Source: Candidatus Latescibacterota bacterium (GTDB lineage Bacteria > Latescibacterota > UBA2968 > UBA8231). Taken from it: a stretch of 64,000 nt of DNA. Below the pieces are notes generated by a model that saw only the letters and a program-made list of their open reading frames with translations, searched no databases and was not told where the DNA came from. Both the position numbers and the translations under genes were made by a program. Location of the stretch: contig OZ242214.1 in the NCBI GenBank assembly GCA_965206595.1, forward strand, positions 3,360,001-3,424,000. Reading direction: 5' to 3'. Shown in pieces: positions 20,601-28,751 of the stretch; positions within the stretch are counted from its first letter, which is position 1; each line of letters opens with the position of its first letter.

Positions 20601-21217
20601 CCGTCGGGGCCGTCGTTGTCGAAGCGGCCCATGTCGACGTCGGCGTCGGCCTGGGTCAGGATCTCGAGGTTGAAGCGCGGGTAGTCGCCTGAGGCCCCTC
20701 CCTCTTCGGGCAAGTAGGAGGCGGCCTCGTCCAGGGAGCTGTAGCGTTTAGGCAGGACTTCTCCCCGCGCCCGCAGCTGGCCGCGCGACATCTCGTCGTA
20801 GAAGTGGGTGAAGCTGCCGGGTATGCCGGCGTCGAACAGGTCGTCGGCCCAGGAGGGCTTGGCGTCGGCGCCCTCGGCCTCGCCGCGGAACTTGGCAAAG
20901 ACAACCAGGGCGTTGAAGGTCCCCGTCACCGTGCCGCGGCTGTCGAGCAGCGTTGCCCGGCTGGCGCCCCTCTTCGCGCGCAGACGCCGCGGCGTCTGCG
21001 CGCGAAGAGGGGCCCCCGCGGAAAACCCGGAGAGAGGTTCCCCGGGCGAATACTCCTCCCCGGTGCCGCCGCAGGCGACGACCCCTTCGGGGGTCAGCTC
21101 GACTTCGGAGGCGCTGCCGGCGTAGCCGTCGCCGGGGCCGAGGCAGGCGAGCAGCGAGACCGCCGCGGCCGCCAGGACGCGGCCGCCCGCGGCTACGGGC
21201 GAGGCGTCCTGCGGCAT
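17642..21217 (-). CDS. Second secreted M6-family metalloprotease with long beta-helix region and FlgD/T9SS-like tail
   Basis: ATG at 21217 followed by a signal-like segment; DNDGPDGMPNSGDDDG; HEFAHVLGLPDLF; YFLVENR; WPNPFN...SGLY tail. Paralog of 9599-12340. Confidence 0.85.
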   Translation of the reverse strand: MPQDASPVAAGGRVLAAAAVSLLACLGPGDGYAGSASEVELTPEGVVACGGTGEEYSPGEPLSGFSAGAPLRAQTPRRLRAKRGASRATLLDSRGTVTGTFNALVVFAKFRGEAEGADAKPSWADDLFDAGIPGSFTHFYDEMSRGQLRARGEVLPKRYSSLDEAASYLPEEGGASGDYPRFNLEILTQADADVDMGRFDNDGPDGMPNSGDDDGYVDIVFINLLTVPVNFLLRTATGLATLGFDTDFISDDAAAGGRFIRVRGRFSGFGGTTQRGHVFSVTAATMCHEFAHVLGLPDLFDQSTVLLGREIDWGLDGAGIGKWGLMGLGTLGWGVEDGPNPFSAWSLAQLGWLGKENGNLVEVTGSLRGLEMEQIDRGGQVYRIPVSEEEYFLVENRQNSGSFYNRNIPAGGLLVWHVDEGADNDEERHKQVDLVCADGLFADRGFPGEQPDRFGGRDNLDFWARDETYANDHNGNRGDATDPFDGDRFERADLNTNPGLQAHARFERGVPLGIALENIRDLGGGRMGLDILVRQPVEGNVSADAVWSGEVEVDGDVVVEPGVRLVLEAGTRVRFKRGDSRSAGFDRGLGEMIVYGELEVRGDSADPVVIESAEERPRSGDWLGLLLMTGGSGEVEQAAAAGGLLVENSRYGLVRQRLPAGVTTWSQDRILPWDVHVSPASELVIDSGATVRFAPSDLSGRGENPGLTELVVKGSLKIAGTPAGPVKLTVDSPSSDSLWYGLVLEADGVIEASHLEISQSGFAVSGEVSGRGRAHLENATVRRTVHGINLFVLGELTIDGSTLKEVAGNALRASGTGLVRVRNSVIENIGWEGISLGNSNLLAISTSIVSSGQLDDEDPRSGLLAKGGRGQKIELWKCTVTGSTLHGLQLDPWEGEVELHGCEITGNRRNGILGSGLARMVFEDVVVSRNIGHGAVFADSRMEVWTTLFEDNVGTGLVLSGGTTGLIDMSDFASSSGMALTGVQGLTARNSIFRNGSFGVESVDSAPGLIDNRFENNLTAVAISGSRVPGEITRNSFVNNRTAIANQSGLPVNARGNYWGTADSVAIAALLEGEVDWRPFLTSEPLHDTAVEASAEGLPERFALHQAWPNPFNSRTHLRFDLPRPERAELRVYDLRGGLVRALVSADLEAGSHAVYWNGLDDSGNRAASGLYLIELRAGDFSEGRKISLLR
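20966..21013. repeat. Perfect 48-bp palindrome inside the M6 protease CDS
   Basis: GCCCCTCTTCGCGCGCAGACGCCG|CGGCGTCTGCGCGCGAAGAGGGGC is its own reverse complement, with no loop. Confidence 0.95.
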
Positions 21218-22608
21218 TCGGCGATGAACTCGGAAGCCTCGAAATCGTAGGTTCGGAACGGGTCGTCGAGGTTGAGGTACATCTCGTCCTCGACGTAGAT
21301 CGAATCCCAGTCGATGACGTAGCGGGCCTTGTGATCGGTCAGCTCGCGCATCACCGCGGACCGCGCCCGCGCCCGGGTGTCCTGCGGCGGCGTCACGATC
21401 GCCCGGTTCACCATTTCGTCGGAGACCACCTTCTTGGTGATGCCCTGCTCCCTGAGGTCGAAGTAGAGCCCCCTGTCGGGGTTGAGGTTGTGGTACTCGA
21501 GGTCGAGGCTCTGGACCCAGGTGTCCTGCCAGTCGAGCTGCTCGGCCTCCATGAACGACTCGAGCAGCCATTTCTTCGTCACCCAGTCGACGCGGTCGAC
21601 GAGCGCCATCGGGTCGTGGACGAGGGCGTCGAGCACGAAGCGCCACTCGTCGAGAACCCAGTCCGCCTCCCTGTCGAGGCCGCGCAGGTAGCGCTCGGCG
21701 AGCTCGAGGTACTGGTACTGGATCTCGCTCGCCGTCGTGTACCTGCCGTCCTCGAGCTGGACTTCCCAGCGGTACTCGAGGTCGCGGGAGATCTCCCGGA
21801 TCGCCTGCACCGGGTCGAGAAGCTTGACGTCGGGGACGATGCGCTCCTCGAGCAGTTCGAGCATCAGGGCGGTGGTGCCGACCTTCAGCGCCGTCGCGTA
21901 CTCCGACATGTTCGAGTCGCCGACCAGAAGATGCAGGCGGCGGTAGAGGCCCCAGTCCGCCAGCGGCTCGTCCCGGGTGTTGATGATGGCGCGGCTGAAC
22001 TGGATCCACTGGTAGATCTCGGTGACGATGTGGTCGGCGCGCTGGGAGATCTGGTAGGGGACCTCGCGGTCCTCGCCGCTGCCGCCGTACTCGAAGATGT
22101 CGGTGTGGCAGCCGACCCGTCCGGACCCGGCGTAGATCTGGCGGCTGACGAAGAAGGGCAGGATCGCCGGCAGCAGGACCTGGGCGAAGGGGACGTCGCG
22201 GCGCACGAGGTAGTTCTCGTGACAGCCGAAGGTCGCGCCGGTGTAGTGGTCGATGTTGTTCTTGAAGAACGACGCGTTCTCTGCCATGCCCAGCTGGTCG
22301 AGGGCCCGCTGCACCATCAGCTCGCCGGCGCGGTCCGCGGCGACGAGATCGAACAGCCCGCGGCATTCCGGGGTCGCGTACTCGACGTGACCCATGTCGA
22401 TGTACATCCTGCCGCCGTTGAACAGGAAGCCGCCGTTGCCTGGCGGTTCGTCGCGGCCGCGGTAGTGGATGTCGACGATGCCGAGGCCCTCGCGGTAGAA
22501 GACACAGTCCTTGGTCTTCACCGAGATGAAATCCGGACTGAGGAAGGGGTCCGAATCCGGGGGCATGCAGCCGAATTCGATTTCGAGTCCGTATATGCGG
22601 TTGCGCAT
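21193..22608 (-). CDS. pafA: Pup/UBact-protein ligase
   Basis: RIYGLEIEFG, NGGRMYIDMGHVEYATPEC, KNNID, GCHENY, SQRADH, INTRDEP, RRLHLLVGDSN and DLEYH. Confidence 0.92.
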   Translation of the reverse strand: MRNRIYGLEIEFGCMPPDSDPFLSPDFISVKTKDCVFYREGLGIVDIHYRGRDEPPGNGGFLFNGGRMYIDMGHVEYATPECRGLFDLVAADRAGELMVQRALDQLGMAENASFFKNNIDHYTGATFGCHENYLVRRDVPFAQVLLPAILPFFVSRQIYAGSGRVGCHTDIFEYGGSGEDREVPYQISQRADHIVTEIYQWIQFSRAIINTRDEPLADWGLYRRLHLLVGDSNMSEYATALKVGTTALMLELLEERIVPDVKLLDPVQAIREISRDLEYRWEVQLEDGRYTTASEIQYQYLELAERYLRGLDREADWVLDEWRFVLDALVHDPMALVDRVDWVTKKWLLESFMEAEQLDWQDTWVQSLDLEYHNLNPDRGLYFDLREQGITKKVVSDEMVNRAIVTPPQDTRARARSAVMRELTDHKARYVIDWDSIYVEDEMYLNLDDPFRTYDFEASEFIAECRRTPRP

Positions 22609-22628
22609 CTGACTTGCCGGGAGCCGGC

Positions 22629-23390
22629 CTACTGCGCGAACCGGCTCAGGGCCTCTTCGAGCTCGGCCGGCGGCAACAGGCGGAACTTCGATTTCGTCGG
22701 CAGGGTGCGGTCGAGCACGGCGGCTTCGATCCGCTGGCCGCCGTCGAGGGCCGTGGCGACGCTCTCGGAGATCTCGCCGGCGGTCGGTTTCCCGGTGCGC
22801 CCGGGTTCGCCGTAGAGCCGCCCCACCGCCCAGGTCTCGAGGGCGCGCTCCAGGGCCTCCTGCAGACCGGGAGCCTCGGGCTCCGCGGCGGCGTGCCGGG
22901 CTATGGCGTCGCGGCTCTCCGCGGTGCCCGCGACTGCAGCCGCGGCCCCGGAGGCGGCGAACGATCCGTCGGCGTCCACGGTGTAGAAGGCCACGCCCCC
23001 GGCTCCGGCGTCGAGCTCGGCGACAAGAACGCGGGCGATGAAGGGAGAGTGGAAGATCTCGTCGAAGGCGGTCTTCATCAGCGGCCCGATGCCGAAGCTG
23101 ACCAGCCGCTGCAGGGAGACATCCCGGGCCGAGAGATTGAAGGCCTCGACGTGGGCTATGTCGATGACGGCCTTGCGCAGCTTTTCGATGTCGGCCGGGT
23201 GGCCGATGGCGGCGAAGGCGACCTGGTTGTAGACCTCGAACAGCTTGCGCGGGCCCGGGGTCGTGGTCAGCAGCAGGATGCCGTCGTCGTAGACAGAGCC
23301 GACCACCGGGCTGGCGGACTTGAGCTGGTCCTCGAGGTACTCGCGGCGATTGCGGATCGCCTCGACCCAGCGGTAGGGTTCATCGAGCAT
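22629..23390 (-). CDS. prcA: 20S proteasome alpha subunit
   Basis: MLDEPYRW..., SPVV, RKLFEVYNQVAFAAIG..ADIEKLR and IEAAVLDR; lies directly after prcB. Confidence 0.9.
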   Translation of the reverse strand: MLDEPYRWVEAIRNRREYLEDQLKSASPVVGSVYDDGILLLTTTPGPRKLFEVYNQVAFAAIGHPADIEKLRKAVIDIAHVEAFNLSARDVSLQRLVSFGIGPLMKTAFDEIFHSPFIARVLVAELDAGAGGVAFYTVDADGSFAASGAAAAVAGTAESRDAIARHAAAEPEAPGLQEALERALETWAVGRLYGEPGRTGKPTAGEISESVATALDGGQRIEAAVLDRTLPTKSKFRLLPPAELEEALSRFAQ

Positions 23391-23394
23391 GGGC

Positions 23395-24162
23395 TTAGCG
23401 GAGCGTCTCGTACAGCGCCTGCAGGTCCGGTTCGGCGATCGCCTCGACGCCCGCGGCGGTGACGCGCATGACCTGTGGGAAGATCCGCGCAACCGGTTTG
23501 TAGCCGCCGGTGGCGGTGTCGTACTCGGCCGCGGTTTCGAGCATCCTCAGGATCAGCGAGAGGGATTCTTCCGCTTCCATCTTGGCCAGCGGCCTTTCCC
23601 CCCACCGGTTCAGATAGTAGAGGGCGCCGCGGATGACATGGGATCCCGAACCGGTTGTGCAGAAGTCGACCGACTCGAAGGTGGCCCCGAGAACGTCGTA
23701 GAAGAAGATCTTGCCGCCGCCGGGACCGCTGTCGTCGAAAGTCGCGTAGATCGGCACCACGGCGCCGATTCCCTGCAGGGCCATGGGCAGGTTCTCTCGC
23801 ATCAGCCGCGACAGGGTTCTCAGCCTGCCGTCGAGGCTCATCTCCTGCAGCTGCGAGCGACGGTAGTGCTGGAAGGAGATCTCGAGCATGCGCGCGATCT
23901 CGTAGGCGTTGGCCGGCGAGCCCGACAGCGCCAGCACCGACCCGTCGTCAACGGCAAGGACCTTGTCGGCGCGGTCGTAGATCACGGTGTTGCCCATGGT
24001 CGCGCGGCGGTCGCCGGCGACGAGGACGCCGTCGCGGCAGCGCAGCGCGAGAATGGTGGTGCCTTCGGTCGACTCGACCGCGGCTTCGGCGCCGCCAGCC
24101 GGCGGCGCCTCGGGCAACTGCCCGTTCTGTTTCAGGAGATTGAGGAAATCGGTGTGTTCCAA
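23395..24162 (-). CDS. prcB: 20S proteasome beta subunit
   Basis: Propeptide then EG|TTILA (catalytic Thr1), AGDRRAT.G, GSGS and DTATGG. TTG start at 24162 is inferred; the longer track ORF is an upstream over-extension. Confidence 0.9.
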   Translation of the reverse strand: MEHTDFLNLLKQNGQLPEAPPAGGAEAAVESTEGTTILALRCRDGVLVAGDRRATMGNTVIYDRADKVLAVDDGSVLALSGSPANAYEIARMLEISFQHYRRSQLQEMSLDGRLRTLSRLMRENLPMALQGIGAVVPIYATFDDSGPGGGKIFFYDVLGATFESVDFCTTGSGSHVIRGALYYLNRWGERPLAKMEAEESLSLILRMLETAAEYDTATGGYKPVARIFPQVMRVTAAGVEAIAEPDLQALYETLR

Positions 24163-24250
24163 GGCGATGGCCCTGTGCGGCGGCCGGCCGGCGCTGCCGC
24201 CCTTCTGCGGGCCGCGCCCTGGTGGCCTGTCCCGGGAGGGGACGCCGGAC

Positions 24251-24442
24251 TCACTCGCCCGTGCGCTGGCGGTAGCGGCGGGCTTGGTTCGGGTCGACCT
24301 TGCGCATGCGGCGCAGCAGGTCGTCGGTGTTCGGCCGTTCCACCTTGGGGCGGCGGGGTCCTGGATCGTCGCCGTCACCGCCGCCGCCGTCCATGGGCCT
24401 GGTCGGCCGCGGCGCCCGGTCGCGCATTTCAACTGACCGCAT
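24251..24442 (-). CDS. ubact: Ubiquitin-like protein UBact
   Basis: 63 aa, ending LLRRMRKVDPNQARRYRQRTGE (the R[ST]G[EQ] UBact terminus rather than Pup GG[QE]); sits between dop and prcB; GAGGAG ribosome-binding site. Confidence 0.92.
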   Translation of the reverse strand: MRSVEMRDRAPRPTRPMDGGGGDGDDPGPRRPKVERPNTDDLLRRMRKVDPNQARRYRQRTGE

Positions 24443-25973
24443 GGTGCATCTCCTCGAGCTGGGTTATCAACTCCGACACGCTGTCGGCCTCTTCCAAGGC
24501 CGCAGTAAAGGTAGCCGCCGTCTCCCTCTCGACACAACCCTTCAGGTCGACCGTCTCGACCCTGCCGCCGACGGTGAACTCGATGCTGTCCCAGTTCAGG
24601 GAGCGTACCTCGGCGCCGAACTTCTGCAGGCAGCGGCCGCGAAAAGCGGCGCGCGTCGCCTCGGGGGCGTCGACCATGGCGCGCGCCACCTCGCCGTCGC
24701 TCACCAGCTTCCCGCCGTCGCCCTCCTCGGCGAGCAGCGGGAACAGTCCTTCCTCCGGATCGATGTTGTGGTACTCGAGGTCCTGGCTCTGCAGCCAGGC
24801 GCGGTCGTCCGGGTCGCCCCAGTCGAGATCTTCGGCCTCGGCGAAGGCGTCGAGCATCCACTTCTTCGTCACCCAGTCGCACCGGCCCCTGAGCCGCATC
24901 GGATCCTCGGCGAGGGCCTCCAGTGTCTCCTTCCAGGCGCCGAGCACCCAGTCGGTTTCGTTGTCTCTCCCCGCGGCCGCGGCCGCGGCCGCGTCGAGAC
25001 AGGCGCGCTGGATCTCGAGCGCGGTCGTGTGCCGGCCGCCTTCGAGCTCGACCTCCCAGGCGCGCCGCTGATCCCGGGAGACCGCCTTTACCGCGCCGAC
25101 CGGGTCTGCGAGGACGAGCGGCGGCAGCTGCCCGCGCTCGAGCAGTTCGAGAACGAGCAGCGCCGTGCCGGTTTTCAGGGCCGTGGCGAACTCGGACATG
25201 TTGGCGTCGCCGTTGATCAGGTGCAGGCGCCGGTAGAGGGCGGCGTCGGCGTGCGGCTCGTCGCGGGTGTTGACCAGCGGCCGCCGCGTCATCGTGTCGA
25301 CGCTGGCGATGCACTCGAAGAAATCGGAGCGCTGCGCCAGCTGGAACACCGCCTGGCCGGCGCCGCGGTCCGCCTCGACTCCGACCTTGCCGGCGCCGGC
25401 GAAGATCTGGCGCGTCACCAGGAACGGCAGCAGGCCGTCGATCACCTGCTGGAACGGGATCTCGCGGCGCACGAGGTAGTTCTCGTGGCAGCCGTAACTG
25501 TGGCCCTCGAAGTCTGTGTTGTTCTTGTAGAGGCGGACGGTGCCGCCATCGCCGCGGGTCCCGGTGCGCCGGCGCGCGCACTGCAGCAGGATGCGTTCCC
25601 CGGCGCGGTCGAAGGCGACCAGGTCGCGCAGCGAGAAGACCTCGGGGGTCGAGTACTCCGGGTGGGTGTGATCGTTGTAGAGGCGCGCGCCGTTGGTGAG
25701 TATCAGGTCGCTCTTCAGCTCCTTCAGCGGGATGCGGCGGTCGCGGTCGCGCTGCAGGTGGTCCGCCTCGTCCTGGTCGTTGAGCAGCTCCTCGACCTCG
25801 AAACCGCGCGCGTCCAGGCGCGGGTTCTCCAGCGCGTAATCCCAGAGGGCAACGAAATCCTCGAGCAGGTAGCAGCGGATCAGCTCCATCGACTCGACGA
25901 CGACGTCGAGCTTCTCCACGCCGTCGACCTGGATCCCGTACTCGGTTTCGAGACCGAACAGCCGGTCGCCCAA
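24429..25973 (-). CDS. dop: Pup/UBact deamidase-depupylase
   Basis: LFGLETEYG, TNGARLYNDHTHPEYSTPE, LYKNNTD, SYGCHENY and NTRDEPHAD..YRRLH. Confidence 0.92.
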   Translation of the reverse strand: MGDRLFGLETEYGIQVDGVEKLDVVVESMELIRCYLLEDFVALWDYALENPRLDARGFEVEELLNDQDEADHLQRDRDRRIPLKELKSDLILTNGARLYNDHTHPEYSTPEVFSLRDLVAFDRAGERILLQCARRRTGTRGDGGTVRLYKNNTDFEGHSYGCHENYLVRREIPFQQVIDGLLPFLVTRQIFAGAGKVGVEADRGAGQAVFQLAQRSDFFECIASVDTMTRRPLVNTRDEPHADAALYRRLHLINGDANMSEFATALKTGTALLVLELLERGQLPPLVLADPVGAVKAVSRDQRRAWEVELEGGRHTTALEIQRACLDAAAAAAAGRDNETDWVLGAWKETLEALAEDPMRLRGRCDWVTKKWMLDAFAEAEDLDWGDPDDRAWLQSQDLEYHNIDPEEGLFPLLAEEGDGGKLVSDGEVARAMVDAPEATRAAFRGRCLQKFGAEVRSLNWDSIEFTVGGRVETVDLKGCVERETAATFTAALEEADSVSELITQLEEMHHAVS

Positions 25974-25974
25974 A

Positions 25975-27756
25975 TCAGATGACCTTGGCCGCTGCTTCCG
26001 CTTCCCGGTCGCGGTCCTCCGCAGAACTCACCGGCGCTACGCGGACGACGTTCTCGGGATCGTAGTCGAGCAGCTTGAGCCAGTCCTCGACGCTGTCGGT
26101 GGGGGGAAAGACCTCGTTCTCGCGGTACTCGGAGCGGATGGCGTTGGCGAGGTCCTCGGAGCGGATGCCGGCGTCGGCGTCGCTCTCGGCGATGGCGCGC
26201 TTGATCGCCGATTCCTTGGCGCGCTGGACGATGCTGTCGATCAGCGCGCCGCTGGCGAGATCGCCGAAATGCAGGTTTTCCAGCCGGCCGCTGCGCAGGC
26301 CGACCTCGAGGAACCGGGTCTCCTCGCCGCGCGCGAACAGCCCCTTCACCGCCTCATCGATCAGGGCCCGGCGGGCTTCCTCCGCACCGCCGTAGCGCTC
26401 GACCTCGCCCCGGTCGAGCGGCAGGTCCTCGGTGAGGTAGATCCCGAAGATTTCGCGCGAGGCCTCGAAATCCGGGCGCAGGACCTTGATCTTGCGGTCG
26501 ATGCGGCCCGGTCTGAGGATGGCCGGGTCGATGAGGTCGTGCCGGTTGGAAGCGAGAATGATGACGACGTCCTGCAGCGACTCGATGCCGTCCATCTCGG
26601 TGCAGAACATCGGCACCACCGTGTTGGCGATGTGGTGGCTGCGCATCGACCGCCGCGTCCCGAGAATCGATTCCGCCTCGTCGATGAAGACGAAGGGCAG
26701 GAACCCCTCCTTCCGCTTCTGCCGCGCCTGCGCGAAGATCTCCCGGACCATGCGCTCGGTCTCGCCGAGCCACATGTTGAGGATCTCCGGGCCCTTGACG
26801 TGCATGAAGTACTCCCTGACATCAAGGCCCTCTGCGCTGCGCAGGTGCTGCACGAGGTTGTAGGCCGTCGCCTTGCCGATGAGGGTCTTGCCGCAGCCCG
26901 GCGGGCCGTAGAGCAGGAACCCCTTCGGCGCCGAGTAGCGGAACTTTTCGAACAGCTCCGGGTGCCTTGCCGGCAGCTCGATGGTATCGCGGATCCCCCT
27001 AATCGCCTCCTCCTGGCCGCCGATACGGTCCCACGTCATTTCCGGGATTTCCTCGAGGAAGTACTCCCTGCTCTCGCGCGATTGCAGCAGCTCGAGGGCG
27101 ACCCTCGTCGAGGCATCGGTGCGGACCTCGTCCCCCGCCTTGAGCTCGAGGCCGGCGAGCTCCTCGGCGCGTTCGAGAACGAAGTCGCTGGTAGCGTGCT
27201 CGTTGCCGATGCGCAGGCGGCCGTCGGGGAGGACGTCGGTGATTCTCACCACCGGCCCGGCGGGGTTTCTCGGCAGCACCCCGACGACGGCGTACGCCTC
27301 GTTGATCAGAACGCGCCCCCCTACTTTGAGCTCGCGGGGGTCGACGCGCGGGTCGACGTTGGCGAAGTACTCGGAGCCGCTGACGAGGATGGTCGCGATC
27401 CCCTCTCTGGGAGCGCCGATGCAGATGCCGACCCGGTTGGAGGGGGAGGTCACCTTTTCCAGGGCGGCCTCGAGCTCGACCAGGGCGCGCCGCGCCTCCT
27501 GGAAGGTGATCTCGCGATCCATCAGCTGCCGCCGCAGCTGGTAGAGCAGCGGCCGCGACGGGTCGCGGTCCGGCAACAGGATCAGCATCTGGTCGACGAG
27601 GCGCAGCGGCTCTTCGTCGAAGTCGCGCCGCGCCTCCTCCTCCGGGTCGCCGCGCAGGTAGGACTCGAACTCCTCGAACTCGTCGCCGGGCCGTCCCCCG
27701 CCGGCCGGGTCGCCGTCGGGGTCGCCGAAATCCGGGTAGTCGCGATCGCTGTTCAT
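25975..27756 (-). CDS. arc: Proteasome-associated AAA+ ATPase ARC/Mpa
   Basis: N-terminal coiled coil plus OB folds; GPPGCGKT; VKGPEILNMWLGETER; FIDEAE; IDPAILRPGRIDRKI. Confidence 0.92.
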   Translation of the reverse strand: MNSDRDYPDFGDPDGDPAGGGRPGDEFEEFESYLRGDPEEEARRDFDEEPLRLVDQMLILLPDRDPSRPLLYQLRRQLMDREITFQEARRALVELEAALEKVTSPSNRVGICIGAPREGIATILVSGSEYFANVDPRVDPRELKVGGRVLINEAYAVVGVLPRNPAGPVVRITDVLPDGRLRIGNEHATSDFVLERAEELAGLELKAGDEVRTDASTRVALELLQSRESREYFLEEIPEMTWDRIGGQEEAIRGIRDTIELPARHPELFEKFRYSAPKGFLLYGPPGCGKTLIGKATAYNLVQHLRSAEGLDVREYFMHVKGPEILNMWLGETERMVREIFAQARQKRKEGFLPFVFIDEAESILGTRRSMRSHHIANTVVPMFCTEMDGIESLQDVVIILASNRHDLIDPAILRPGRIDRKIKVLRPDFEASREIFGIYLTEDLPLDRGEVERYGGAEEARRALIDEAVKGLFARGEETRFLEVGLRSGRLENLHFGDLASGALIDSIVQRAKESAIKRAIAESDADAGIRSEDLANAIRSEYRENEVFPPTDSVEDWLKLLDYDPENVVRVAPVSSAEDRDREAEAAAKVI

Positions 27757-27817
27757 GCGTCCGTCCTCGCCCCTGGGCAGGGCAGCACCGCGGGTGCGGG
27801 GTTTGCCCTTCGCGGCA

Positions 27818-28558
27818 TCAGTGGATGACGTCCCCGAGCCTGTCGTAGCGGGTGCGCGTCGGAAGCGTGGGGAGGTTCCAGATGAAGCTGCCGGTGTCCA
27901 TCAACAGTTGCGGCAGCCCCCGCAGGATTCCGGGACCGCTCTTGAGCGTCGCCGACCAGTAGATGATCATCGCCTTTCCCTTGATGAGGCTGCGCGGTAC
28001 CGGACCAAAGACGCGGCTGTCGCTGCTGTTGTCGCGGTTGTCGCCCATCATGAAAAACTGGTCCTCCGGCACCCGGTAGGGGCCGAAGTTGTCCCGCATG
28101 CTGTAGGAGGCCGGGTGGATGCCGGGGTCGGCGTGTTTCGACATCGGCGGGCTCGGGAAGATCTCGCCGTCGACGTAGAGAACCTTGTCGATTACCTGCA
28201 CGACCTGGCCGCCGACCGCGATGCAACGCTTGATCAGATCCCGCCCCGGCTCGGTCTTGGAGCGGAAGATCACGATGTCCCACGGCTGCGGGTCGCGCAG
28301 GGCGGGCAGCCTGAACAGGGGGGCGGCGACGAAGGGAATCTCGACGGGGGCGCCGTACACGAACTTGTTGGCCAGCAGGTAATCCCCGACGAAGAGGGTG
28401 TCCTCCATCGATCCGGAGGGTATGTAGAAGGCCTGGACCACGGTGCTGCGGATGAGCAGGGCGAGGCCTATGGCGACGACGATCGACGACAGGTACTCCC
28501 GCACACCCGACGGCTGCCGCCGCGGCGGGTCCGACTTCTGCTGGTTGTCAGGAGGCAT
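27818..28558 (-). CDS. lepB: Signal peptidase I
   Basis: Transmembrane helix; IPSGSMEDTL; LIKRC; MGDNRDNSSDSR. Confidence 0.93.
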   Translation of the reverse strand: MPPDNQQKSDPPRRQPSGVREYLSSIVVAIGLALLIRSTVVQAFYIPSGSMEDTLFVGDYLLANKFVYGAPVEIPFVAAPLFRLPALRDPQPWDIVIFRSKTEPGRDLIKRCIAVGGQVVQVIDKVLYVDGEIFPSPPMSKHADPGIHPASYSMRDNFGPYRVPEDQFFMMGDNRDNSSDSRVFGPVPRSLIKGKAMIIYWSATLKSGPGILRGLPQLLMDTGSFIWNLPTLPTRTRYDRLGDVIH

Positions 28559-28751
28559 TGATCCAGACCTGGAATCCCGTGCAAGTCATTGAGGTGCGGT
28601 ACAGTATACAGAAGGGTAAATGGCCTGTCACCATTCGCACACGACTTCGCGGAATGCCGCGGCCGTCCCGGGATGGGCGCTTGCGCGGCGGGCGGCGGAC
28701 CGCATCGGGGCGAAGCAAGGAGGCCGGCGCATCGGCCCCCGGCAACGGCCG

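Noticed and set aside
17642-22366. 1574-aa ORF suggesting a PafA-overlapping giant protease
   Set aside because: The first ~380 aa are an off-frame read of pafA; the credible protease start is ATG 21217.
24251-24442. Calling the small modifier Pup
   Set aside because: It lacks the Pup C-terminal FVQKGG[QE]; it matches the UBact pattern (VDP..A..Y.QRTGE).
23395-25581. 728-aa ORF suggesting an extended or fused proteasome beta subunit
   Set aside because: The upstream part is an alternative frame of dop and ubact; prcB homology begins near 24162.
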